A stretch of DNA of 64,000 nucleotides, from the NCBI GenBank assembly GCA_963836075.1, contig CAWIIB010000009.1, positions 3,360,001 through 3,424,000 of the forward strand. The letters are read 5' to 3'. Shown here in pieces: positions 52,067 through 60,207 of this stretch. Numbering within the stretch: the stretch's first letter is position 1; every line of letters starts with the position of its first letter. Both the position numbers and the translations under genes were made by a program. This DNA comes from an uncultured Acidobacteriota bacterium. Lineage in GTDB: Bacteria; Acidobacteriota; JAQAZP01. The notes under the pieces were generated by a model. That model was not told the origin of the DNA, did no database searches, and saw only the letters and a list, made by a program, of their open reading frames with translations.

Positions 52067-53299
52067 TCAGCGCGGATCCACGACCCGGCCCATGAAGAGG
52101 ATTTCGTTGTCCGGCCCCATGATCATGTAGATGAACGGGTGGTCGGCCCGGAACAGTTCGGGCGGCATCGGCATTGAAGTGGTGGCGATCATGCCGGCGG
52201 TGGCCGCCGCGGCCTCGGTGCCCTCCTCGTTGACCTCCACGAAGGCCTGGTGGATCACCGCCGAGAGGAAAAGCCTCTTTTGCGGGTCCATGCCCGAGAA
52301 GTCGGCGCTCGGTTTGAACGCCTCCTTCATCCCCAGGGCGGCCAGCGCCTGGTTCAGCTGGAACTTTGTCTCCACCCGGAAGCGGGGCAGCAGCAGGTCC
52401 ACTTCCTGCCGGCGCATGTTGGCCAGCCAGTCATTCAACAGATCGACCTCCAGACGGCGTTCCAGGGCCGGGAGCCCTCCGGCCTTTTCGGGGAGCAGGA
52501 CCACCATGGAGAGCCCGCCCTTGCCGTAGGACATCCGCAGCAGCTGCAGCCCGTCGGCTTTCCCGTACTGGAAATACTCCTTGATCCGCATCAGCGGCAC
52601 GTCCACCTCGGAACCGGAGGCCAGAGTGAAGGGCAGGTCGCTGGTCCGTTTCTCGTCGAAAGGTTCCTTCCATCGGCCCTTGAAGTAGATGGCATTGGTC
52701 AGCACCAGCCGGGTGTTGCTGTTCAGCACCCCCGGCTGGATCAGATCCTTGATCCGGTCCTCGGTCTGTTCCTCCACCCAGCGGTTGATGGTCTGGCGGG
52801 ACTGCTCGGTGGCCCCGACAAAGTCGAGGGGCCGCAGTTCGGCCTCATAGTTGGCCTGCACCGTGTCGATGAACGGCCTGGCGAACTCGAAGCCCTGCTG
52901 GGGCCAGAGGGCGTTGGCTGTTCGCAGCTTGACCCCGCTCTCCTCGCGGGCCCGTTCCAGGTTTGCCACCAGCTCGGCAAACGCCGGGTGGAGCTGTTGC
53001 TGACCGAGGGTGAAGCCCAGTGCCCGGGCCATCTCTTTTTCCGTGTCCCCCCGGGCTCCGGCCCAGGTCATGGCCAGGGCGGTGGAGATGCTGTGCGGAG
53101 AGAAGAAGATGTTCCCCTCTTCCTGACCCAGCTGGCGGTACAGCCTCAAGGCAAAGTCGGTGTTGTCGCGGGCCAGTTGCATTGCGGCTCCCTCCATCGG
53201 GCCGGCGCTTCCGGCAACCGGCCGGGGTGTGCAACAGAGCCCCAGGCAGGCCATCAGGGCCGTCATCAGTACCATCGTGCTTTTTCTGGTCATGATCAT
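52067..53299 (-). CDS. Serpin (serine protease inhibitor)
   Basis: NIFFSPHSIS, NAIYFKGRW, hinge EEGTEAAAATA, FRADHPFIYMI. Confidence 0.95.
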   Translation of the reverse strand: MIMTRKSTMVLMTALMACLGLCCTPRPVAGSAGPMEGAAMQLARDNTDFALRLYRQLGQEEGNIFFSPHSISTALAMTWAGARGDTEKEMARALGFTLGQQQLHPAFAELVANLERAREESGVKLRTANALWPQQGFEFARPFIDTVQANYEAELRPLDFVGATEQSRQTINRWVEEQTEDRIKDLIQPGVLNSNTRLVLTNAIYFKGRWKEPFDEKRTSDLPFTLASGSEVDVPLMRIKEYFQYGKADGLQLLRMSYGKGGLSMVVLLPEKAGGLPALERRLEVDLLNDWLANMRRQEVDLLLPRFRVETKFQLNQALAALGMKEAFKPSADFSGMDPQKRLFLSAVIHQAFVEVNEEGTEAAAATAGMIATTSMPMPPELFRADHPFIYMIMGPDNEILFMGRVVDPR

Positions 53300-53378
53300 C
53301 CTCCCCTTCAGGGATGGCCGTTCACCGGTTGTCGGTCCAGATCTCTCACTCCATGATACGGGATTCCGCGCCGGCCTG

Positions 53379-55571
53379 TCAGTTCAGGCCTTCCCGGGAC
53401 AGCGGCACCAGTTTCGCCGACTTCAGCAGCAGGTCAAATGGCTGGTGGGCCGGGTTGGCCTGCACCAGACAGTTTATCCGGTAATGGGCCGCTCTGCCCA
53501 CCGCCACGGGGATCCCCTCCAGGGTCTCCGCTCCCCGGAGATCATCGATGTTGATCAGTTCCACTCCGGCCAGTTCCAGGGAGAGGGACAGGGGCACGTC
53601 CCCGTTGGCCACGCTGCCTGTGTGAGCCAGCTCGAGCACCAGCTGCCAGTCCCCCCGGGGGATCCGGGTCAGCCAGCGGAAGTGGACCCGTTCCCTGAAA
53701 CGCAGTCCCTGTCCTTCCCTGGTCATCTTCACCGGCCGGTTGAGGGTGGAGGGGAAGGCGTTGCGGCCGTGCAGCAGCAGGACATCTCCCGGACCTGGTT
53801 CCACCAGGATGCCGTCCAGGGGGGCGACATCCTTTTCCTGTCCCTGCAGCGCATCCAGACGGTAGAGGACGTCGCGGTTCTTGTAGCGGGTGACCGGTTC
53901 CAGGCCGTCCAGCCGGCTTAGCCGGTCGAGGATCAGCTGGTTGGTTTTCATCGTGCTCCAGTTGCGGTGCAGCAGGACGGTGTTGACCCCGCAGTTGATC
54001 ATGTGGTCCAGGAAGGCCGGACCCAGGCCATGGGGCAGGGTCTGATCGCTCACCCGGTACATCCACTCGGTCACCGGCGGAATGATGCCCGACCGGCCGA
54101 TGGCCAGCGGGTGAAAGTGAAAGGTCGAGCAGTACATCGGGAGATACTGGTGATGTTTGGCGTGGGTGGGCAGCTCGAGCAGCACAGTGCCCTCCGGCAT
54201 CGCGGCGATGTCGCGGTAGGATGGGGACATGGACGAGGGCAGGGGCAGCGGCTTGGCCGGCAGCTGCAAGCTCACCGCCTCCATGAGGACGAGGAGCGCG
54301 AGCAGCAACGCGGCGGACCAGGCGCGGGCATTGGTTTTACCGGCCAGGATCCTCTGCAGGCCCAGGCCGGCCAGCAGCGCGCCCGAGAAGTGGAAGAGCA
54401 GCACCAGCCGGGCGGGGACCCGCAGGCCCTGGACTCCCGGCACCCAGTGGTAGAGCAGGGCATAGGGCAGGGGGATCAGTCTTCGGCCCTCACCGGTGTC
54501 CAGAAAGAAGCCGGGCCCCAGAGAGAATATCAGTGCTGCCCCGGCGGTGAGCAGGAGCAGGATCCAGGTGCGGCGGTGCGGTCGCAGTGCCGGCCCGGCC
54601 CGCACCACGGCGCAGAGCCCGCAGGCCAGCAAGAGGGTGAAAACGAGGCCCGGGTAGAGTTGGTGTTCCCCGGCACGGACCTCGGTCGACGGCTCCGGCG
54701 GCAGCAGTCTGAACAGACTGCGGTGCAGCAGGGTGTAGTGGGAGGGGTGAAGAAAATCTCCCGGCCTGGCCGAGAACTTGATGTTCTCACCCGTGGACCG
54801 CACCAGATCATAGTGCCGGCTGACCTCGAAATAGGTCGGCACAAAGGGCGCCAGCGCCGTGGCAATGACCAGACCGGCGCAGAGCAGCCCCGCGGCTTTG
54901 CGCCGGCCGTCTTTCATGCCGAAGCTGAAAGCGGCCACCGTGCCGCAGGTGAGCAGCGTCCAGATCAGGGCCTGGTAAAAACTGCAGAGCACCTGGAGCA
55001 CCGAAAAAAGAGTGAACAGGGTCAAAGGGCGCCAGCGGGTCCGCCCGGCGCGCAGGAAGCTGAGCAGGAAGTAGAAACAGAAGGGCAGCCACTGGGTGGA
55101 GAGGATGTGCAGGTGCTTGATCTGGGCCGTGCGGTAGGGGAAGAAGGCGAAGAGGATGCCCGCGGCCAGCGACGCCGGTCGCGAGAGGCCGAGGCTGCGG
55201 GCGCAGAACCAGACGCCCCAGCCGCTGAGGGTCAGGCTGAGCGCCAGCAGCAGGTTGTAACTGAGCACCGGGTTGCCGGTGAGCCGGTAGAGCGGTATGA
55301 AGAAGAGTGCCTGGGAGAAGAGGTGGTCGGCAAAGGCCAGCGAGTTCTTTTCCGGGTGGCAGATGTTGGCATCGAAATAGGACGGCGCCGCACCGGAGAA
55401 CCAGTGGTCGTTCCAGCAGAGCGTCCAGAGCTCCAGCAGCGGGTCTCCATCGCCGCCGATGATCTCGTTGCCGCCGGTCAGGGGGAGAGGCCACAGAAAG
55501 ACCAGGGCGAGGGCAAAGAGCATCGCGCCAACACCGAGGTGCACCAGGCTCCTTTTCAGCACCTCCCGCAT
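53379..55571 (-). CDS. Multi-TM membrane protein, probable GT-C glycosyltransferase-like (YfhO-like)
   Basis: N-terminal GDGDP..W, FAFFPYR, LRVPAR, LLELP; many TM helices. Confidence 0.6.
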   Translation of the reverse strand: MREVLKRSLVHLGVGAMLFALALVFLWPLPLTGGNEIIGGDGDPLLELWTLCWNDHWFSGAAPSYFDANICHPEKNSLAFADHLFSQALFFIPLYRLTGNPVLSYNLLLALSLTLSGWGVWFCARSLGLSRPASLAAGILFAFFPYRTAQIKHLHILSTQWLPFCFYFLLSFLRAGRTRWRPLTLFTLFSVLQVLCSFYQALIWTLLTCGTVAAFSFGMKDGRRKAAGLLCAGLVIATALAPFVPTYFEVSRHYDLVRSTGENIKFSARPGDFLHPSHYTLLHRSLFRLLPPEPSTEVRAGEHQLYPGLVFTLLLACGLCAVVRAGPALRPHRRTWILLLLTAGAALIFSLGPGFFLDTGEGRRLIPLPYALLYHWVPGVQGLRVPARLVLLFHFSGALLAGLGLQRILAGKTNARAWSAALLLALLVLMEAVSLQLPAKPLPLPSSMSPSYRDIAAMPEGTVLLELPTHAKHHQYLPMYCSTFHFHPLAIGRSGIIPPVTEWMYRVSDQTLPHGLGPAFLDHMINCGVNTVLLHRNWSTMKTNQLILDRLSRLDGLEPVTRYKNRDVLYRLDALQGQEKDVAPLDGILVEPGPGDVLLLHGRNAFPSTLNRPVKMTREGQGLRFRERVHFRWLTRIPRGDWQLVLELAHTGSVANGDVPLSLSLELAGVELINIDDLRGAETLEGIPVAVGRAAHYRINCLVQANPAHQPFDLLLKSAKLVPLSREGLN

Positions 55572-55600
55572 CGATCCGGCTCCCCGGTTCGTCGCGCTTC

Positions 55601-56794
55601 CTACCGTCCCGGGCCTACCGCCTCGAGCAGCGCCTCGTTGGTCGGGTACTGATCCATCAGCTGCAGCATCTTCTCCATGGCGTCCCGCGGCTGCATCTCG
55701 ATGAGAATCCGGCGAAGTTTGTTGATCCGCTGTCCTTCCTCGGGGCCAAAGAGTCGCTCTTCCTTGCGTGTGCCGCTGGCCGGGATGTTGATCGCGGGGA
55801 AGATCCGCTCTTCGGCCAGCTTGCGGTCCAGGATGATCTCGCTGTTGCCGGTCCCCTTGAACTCTTCGAAGATCAGGGTGTCCATCCGCGAGCCGGTGTC
55901 CACCAGCGCCGTGGCCAGGATGGTCACCGATCCGCCGTTTTCGATGTTGCGGGCCATACCGAAGAAACGGCGCGGGATCTCCATCGCCCCGGCGCCCAGA
56001 CCGCCGGACATGGTCCGCCCGGTGTTGGTGCTCTTCAGGTTGTAGGCCCGGCCCATGCGGGTCAGGCTGTCCACCAGTATCGCCACATCCTTGCCGCACT
56101 CCAGCTCGGTGCGCGCGTGGGCCTGAGTCAGCTCCACCAGCTCCACCTGCTGTTCCACGCTCTGGTCGCTGGAACTGGCCAGCACGTCGGCATACTCCAC
56201 CGCGCGGCGGAACCAGGTCACCTCTTCGGGCCGCTCATCCACCAGCAGGACGATGATCCGGGTGCTGGGGTCGTGGGCGTGGATGGCGTTGGCCAGCTTC
56301 TCGAGGATCATCGTCTTGCCCGCCTTGGGCGGGGAAACGATCAGTCCCCTGGTACCCTTGCCGATGGGGGCCACCATGTCGATGACCCGCATGGTGATGT
56401 CACCGCCGGCCGCCAGGTGAAACCGTTCCTCGGGATCGAGGGCGGTGAGTTCGGTGTAAGGCCGGCGTTTGCGGAAGTCCTCCGGCGGCTGCCCGCAGAC
56501 AGTCTCCACCGAGAACAGTTCGAGACCCCGTTTGCCCTTGCGCGCCTCGCCGGTGATCGCCGCGCCGGTGACCAGCCCGTAATTCTTGATCATCGAGGGG
56601 TGGACGCTGGCATCGCCGGGGCCGGGCCGGAACGATTTGGCCGGGTCGCGCAGGATGCCGAACCCCTTGGGGTTGATTTTCAGGATGCCGCTTGCTTTCT
56701 CCGGCATGGCGGTGTTTCCTCCTCGGGAAGGTTCTCTGCGCCGTGAACGGTTGCTGTTCCGGCGGGCCCGGTCGCTTTTCTTGTTGTTGTGCAT
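55601..56794 (-). CDS. rho: Transcription termination factor Rho (short N-terminus)
   Basis: GFGILR, PIGKGTRGLIVSPPKAGKT, LVDERPEEVT, FEEFKGTGNSE, SGTRKEE. Confidence 0.95.
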   Translation of the reverse strand: MHNNKKSDRARRNSNRSRRREPSRGGNTAMPEKASGILKINPKGFGILRDPAKSFRPGPGDASVHPSMIKNYGLVTGAAITGEARKGKRGLELFSVETVCGQPPEDFRKRRPYTELTALDPEERFHLAAGGDITMRVIDMVAPIGKGTRGLIVSPPKAGKTMILEKLANAIHAHDPSTRIIVLLVDERPEEVTWFRRAVEYADVLASSSDQSVEQQVELVELTQAHARTELECGKDVAILVDSLTRMGRAYNLKSTNTGRTMSGGLGAGAMEIPRRFFGMARNIENGGSVTILATALVDTGSRMDTLIFEEFKGTGNSEIILDRKLAEERIFPAINIPASGTRKEERLFGPEEGQRINKLRRILIEMQPRDAMEKMLQLMDQYPTNEALLEAVGPGR

Positions 56795-56802
56795 CGATAT
56801 CC

Positions 56803-57870
56803 CTATACGTTGAAACGGATGCTCAGGATGTCGCCATCCTGAACCGGATACGTTTTTCCTTCCAGGCGGAAGCGGCCCTTTTCCCTGACCACCTTTTCCG
56901 AGCCGCTCTCCATCAGGTCGTCATAGGAGAAGCACTCGGCGCGGATAAAGCCGCGGGCCAGGTCGCTGTGGATCACCGCGGCGGCCTCCAGGGCCGTTTG
57001 CCCGCGGATGATGTTCCAGGCCCGCACTTCATCCTCACCGACGGTGAAGAAACTGATATTGCCCACCGTCTCGTAGGCCAGCCGGGTCAGCCGGGCCCGG
57101 GCCGACTCGCTGATCCCCAGGTCCTCCATGAAGGCCGCAGCCTCCTCCTGGTCCATGCGGGCCAGTTCCATCTCGAAGTTGCCGGCGAATTCGATCACCG
57201 TGTGGTGCTCCCGGAGGTGCTCCACCAGGCTGTTGTTCTTGCCGTAGGTCTCCTCGTCGGCGTTGAGGATCACGATCAGCGGCTTTTGCGAGAGGAACTG
57301 GAACCCGCGCACCGCCCGCGCCTCTTCGGCGGTCATTTCCATCCGGCGCAGGGGCAGGCCGCCCTCCAACTGCTCCATCATCCGCCGCAGCACCTGCTCC
57401 TCGACCTTGGCCTCGTTGTCCTGCAGGCCCCGCTTCTTGCCCCACGCGATCCGCTCCAGCCGCTTCTCGGCCACGATCATGTCGGAGATGATCAGCTCGT
57501 CCTCGATCTCGGCCACGTCCTGCACCGGGGTTGGCGGGTCTTCCAGTGCGTCGACGAACCGGCGGACCACCAGGGCCAGAGCGTCGGCGTTGCGCACCAT
57601 GGTCATGGCCTCTCCGGAGAAGAGGCCCTCCCGGGCCGAGCCCTCGCTGAGACCGGCGAAGTCCACCAGCTCCACCGTGGCCCGGACGGTCTTCTTTGGC
57701 TTGTAGAGGGCGCTCAACCGCTCCACCCGGCCGTCCTCCACGTCCACCATTGCCAGGTTCGGTTCGCCCCTGGTGTTGGCGAAGCTGGTCACTTCGGCCT
57801 CGGAACGGGAAAGGGCGTTGAAGATGGTGGTCTTGCCGGAGTTCGGCAGACCGATCAGTCCGATTTTCAT
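56803..57870 (-). CDS. ychF: Redox-regulated ATPase YchF (OBG family)
   Basis: GLPNSGKTT.FNAL, FFTVGEDEVRAW, IHSDLARGFIRAE, EGKTY.VQDGD. Confidence 0.9.
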   Translation of the reverse strand: MKIGLIGLPNSGKTTIFNALSRSEAEVTSFANTRGEPNLAMVDVEDGRVERLSALYKPKKTVRATVELVDFAGLSEGSAREGLFSGEAMTMVRNADALALVVRRFVDALEDPPTPVQDVAEIEDELIISDMIVAEKRLERIAWGKKRGLQDNEAKVEEQVLRRMMEQLEGGLPLRRMEMTAEEARAVRGFQFLSQKPLIVILNADEETYGKNNSLVEHLREHHTVIEFAGNFEMELARMDQEEAAAFMEDLGISESARARLTRLAYETVGNISFFTVGEDEVRAWNIIRGQTALEAAAVIHSDLARGFIRAECFSYDDLMESGSEKVVREKGRFRLEGKTYPVQDGDILSIRFNV

Positions 57871-57989
57871 GTTGCGGTCTCGTCCAGATGGTCCGGACCA
57901 CGGGTGCAGTACAACGGCGGCCGAAGGCCGCCCGCCGCGGAGCCGGGACCGGGATGTTTTCGATTCAGGGAGCCTCGGTCTACCGGAGG

Positions 57990-59906
57990 TCACTCGACAT
58001 AGATGGTCAGCATGTCTCCGGGGTAAATGCGCACCGATGGGAGCTCGTTCCAGCGGCAGATGGAACGGACCGAGGTTTTGTATCTCTTGGCGATGGCGGA
58101 GAGGGTATCCCCCCGCCGGACCCTGTAGGCCACCCTCTGGCTGCCGCCGGAGGAACCGCCGCCCGATGACCGCTGGCCGCAGTGGATGGTCAGCCGCTGG
58201 CCAGGGTGGATCAGGCTTCTTTCCGAAATCTTGTTCCAGCGGGCGATGCTGGAGCTGGTCGTGCCATACCTGGCGGCGATCTTGTTCAGGCTGTCGCCCC
58301 GCCGCACCCGGTAGGTGATCCGCTTTCCCGGTTCGTAATCAGCGGCCCTGCTGCCGCCGGAGGCCCCCTGGCCGGTCCAGGACGGCGCATTGGGCCCGGT
58401 GGGGATCAGCAGTGTCTGGTTCAGGCTGAGCACGCTCCTGGAGTTGATGCCGTTCATCTGGCAGATGGCGGTCACCGTGGTGCGATACTTGCGGGCCAGG
58501 TCGTAGAGCGTGTCCCCCCGGCGCACGCTGTGGATCTTGGGCACCACCCGCTGATCGGCGGGGATTTTGGCAAAGGCGGTGTCGAACGCCGCGGCCCGGC
58601 CGTGGGGGATTTTCAGTTCGTAAGGCACCCGGTTGGGCGGGGTGGTTCCATACTTCAGGTCGAGGTTGAGGTCACGGATGGTGCGCAGGTCGGTGCCGGC
58701 GCAGAGCGCCACCTTGTCCAGGTCGACCCAGCTGTCCACGGTCACCTTGTCATAGAGCATCGGCTCCGCCGGCGTGATGTGAAAGCCGTACCGTTCGGGG
58801 TCGCGGAGGATGATCACCGCGGCCATGATGGCCGGCACATAGTTCCGTGTTTCGCGCACCAGGTGGCGGGAACTGGATATCTTCCAGAAGTCCCGGGTGC
58901 CGGAACGGCGGATCGCCCGCTCCACCCGGCCCTGGCCGGCGTTGTATGCCGCCATGGCCAGTTTCCAGTCGCCCAGGTCCTGGTAGAGGTCCTTGAGGTG
59001 CCGGGCCGCGGCGCGGGTGGCCTTTTCCGGATCTCCCCGTTCGTCCTGCCAGCTGTCGATGCGCAGGTCGTAGAGCCGGGCCGTCCCCTTCATGAACTGC
59101 CACATCCCGTAAGCCTTGGCCCGGGAGAGGGCCTTGGTCTTGTAGCCGCTCTCCACCAGGGCCATGGCGGCCAGCTCGGTGGGAACCCCTGTTTCGGTGA
59201 AGATCTCGCGGATCATGTCGATCCAGGCGCCGCGGCGGACCATCGAATCCTGGAAGAACTTGCGGTCCTGGTTCTGGTAACGCTGGATGAAATAGCGCAC
59301 GCGGCTGTTGGTCTCCACCGGCAGGTCCTGGACCGCGGCGCGGCGGGATTCCTCCACCACCGGCGGTTCCTCCGGTTCACCGTCACCGGGAAGTTCTCCG
59401 GCGTCGAGGTCGGCCAGGCCGTCCACCGGTGCCGGCTCGCTCTCCTCCACCCACTTTTCCTCCTCCTCCATGTGCAGGACCACCGTTTCCTTCAGCGGGG
59501 TGACCCGGGAGTAGAGGTCGTCGAAGGCCGCGGCCAGCCGCTGGTCATCCCGCATCATGTCGGAGTGACCGGCGTAGACGCTGAGGGCCAGGGCGAACTG
59601 GGCTTCGGCCCGTTCCCAGTCCTCGTCGATATAGGCCTGGCAGCCATCGCGGTAGTGCTGTTCGGCCCGGGAGATGATCTGGTCCACCAGGGCGTTGACC
59701 GTCGGCTCCGGATCTTCGTAGGTCACCGTGGCGTATCCCCGCTCCGGGGTCGTTGCCGGCGGGGACGGCTGGTGCCGGGCACTGCAGGAGGAGAGCAGGG
59801 GGACAACGATCAGGAGGGCGCAGAGCAGGGCCGTCAGACCGCTGCCGCCAATACCGACCGTTGCTGGAGATTGTCGTACGCGGGAGGGTGAATCAAACTC
59901 GCGCAT
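57990..59906 (-). CDS. MltD-like lytic transglycosylase with three LysM domains
   Basis: VESG, AYGMWQFM, AAYNAG, ETRNYVP; three VRRGD.L..IA LysM repeats; lipobox-like LSSC. Confidence 0.9.
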   Translation of the reverse strand: MREFDSPSRVRQSPATVGIGGSGLTALLCALLIVVPLLSSCSARHQPSPPATTPERGYATVTYEDPEPTVNALVDQIISRAEQHYRDGCQAYIDEDWERAEAQFALALSVYAGHSDMMRDDQRLAAAFDDLYSRVTPLKETVVLHMEEEEKWVEESEPAPVDGLADLDAGELPGDGEPEEPPVVEESRRAAVQDLPVETNSRVRYFIQRYQNQDRKFFQDSMVRRGAWIDMIREIFTETGVPTELAAMALVESGYKTKALSRAKAYGMWQFMKGTARLYDLRIDSWQDERGDPEKATRAAARHLKDLYQDLGDWKLAMAAYNAGQGRVERAIRRSGTRDFWKISSSRHLVRETRNYVPAIMAAVIILRDPERYGFHITPAEPMLYDKVTVDSWVDLDKVALCAGTDLRTIRDLNLDLKYGTTPPNRVPYELKIPHGRAAAFDTAFAKIPADQRVVPKIHSVRRGDTLYDLARKYRTTVTAICQMNGINSRSVLSLNQTLLIPTGPNAPSWTGQGASGGSRAADYEPGKRITYRVRRGDSLNKIAARYGTTSSSIARWNKISERSLIHPGQRLTIHCGQRSSGGGSSGGSQRVAYRVRRGDTLSAIAKRYKTSVRSICRWNELPSVRIYPGDMLTIYVE

Positions 59907-60163
59907 TATCTATCTGGTCCTTCCTGGAGTACGTCGTCCGTTGTGTATGAAACACGTCCACTGCGGCCACTGCTCACCGTGCCGCCGTTCTGTTCCGCTG
60001 CCATTCAGGTTACCGTACAGCCGTTCGGCAACATGATGGCTTTTCTGGAGGGGGGGATTGACTTCCGGGGGTGGAACAGGCACCGAAAGCCTTTATTGTT
60101 GTTATTGTGCGGGAAAAGTAGCACAGCCACTGTATAACGTCAAGACGATTCCGGGCCATTGAG

Positions 60164-60206
60164 TGTCATCGCGAGGAGCAGGCGCAGCCTGCGACGTGGC
60201 GATCTC
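60164..60206 (+). repeat. REP-like palindromic element (43 bp)
   Basis: tgtcatcgcgaggag-caggc-gca-gcctg-cgacgtggcgatctc has the same architecture as 9615-9657. Confidence 0.75.
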
Positions 60207-60207
60207 C

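Noticed and set aside
55572-56099. N-terminal extension of the 906-aa ORF overlapping rho
   Set aside because: Out-of-frame overlap with rho. The likely start is ATG 55571.
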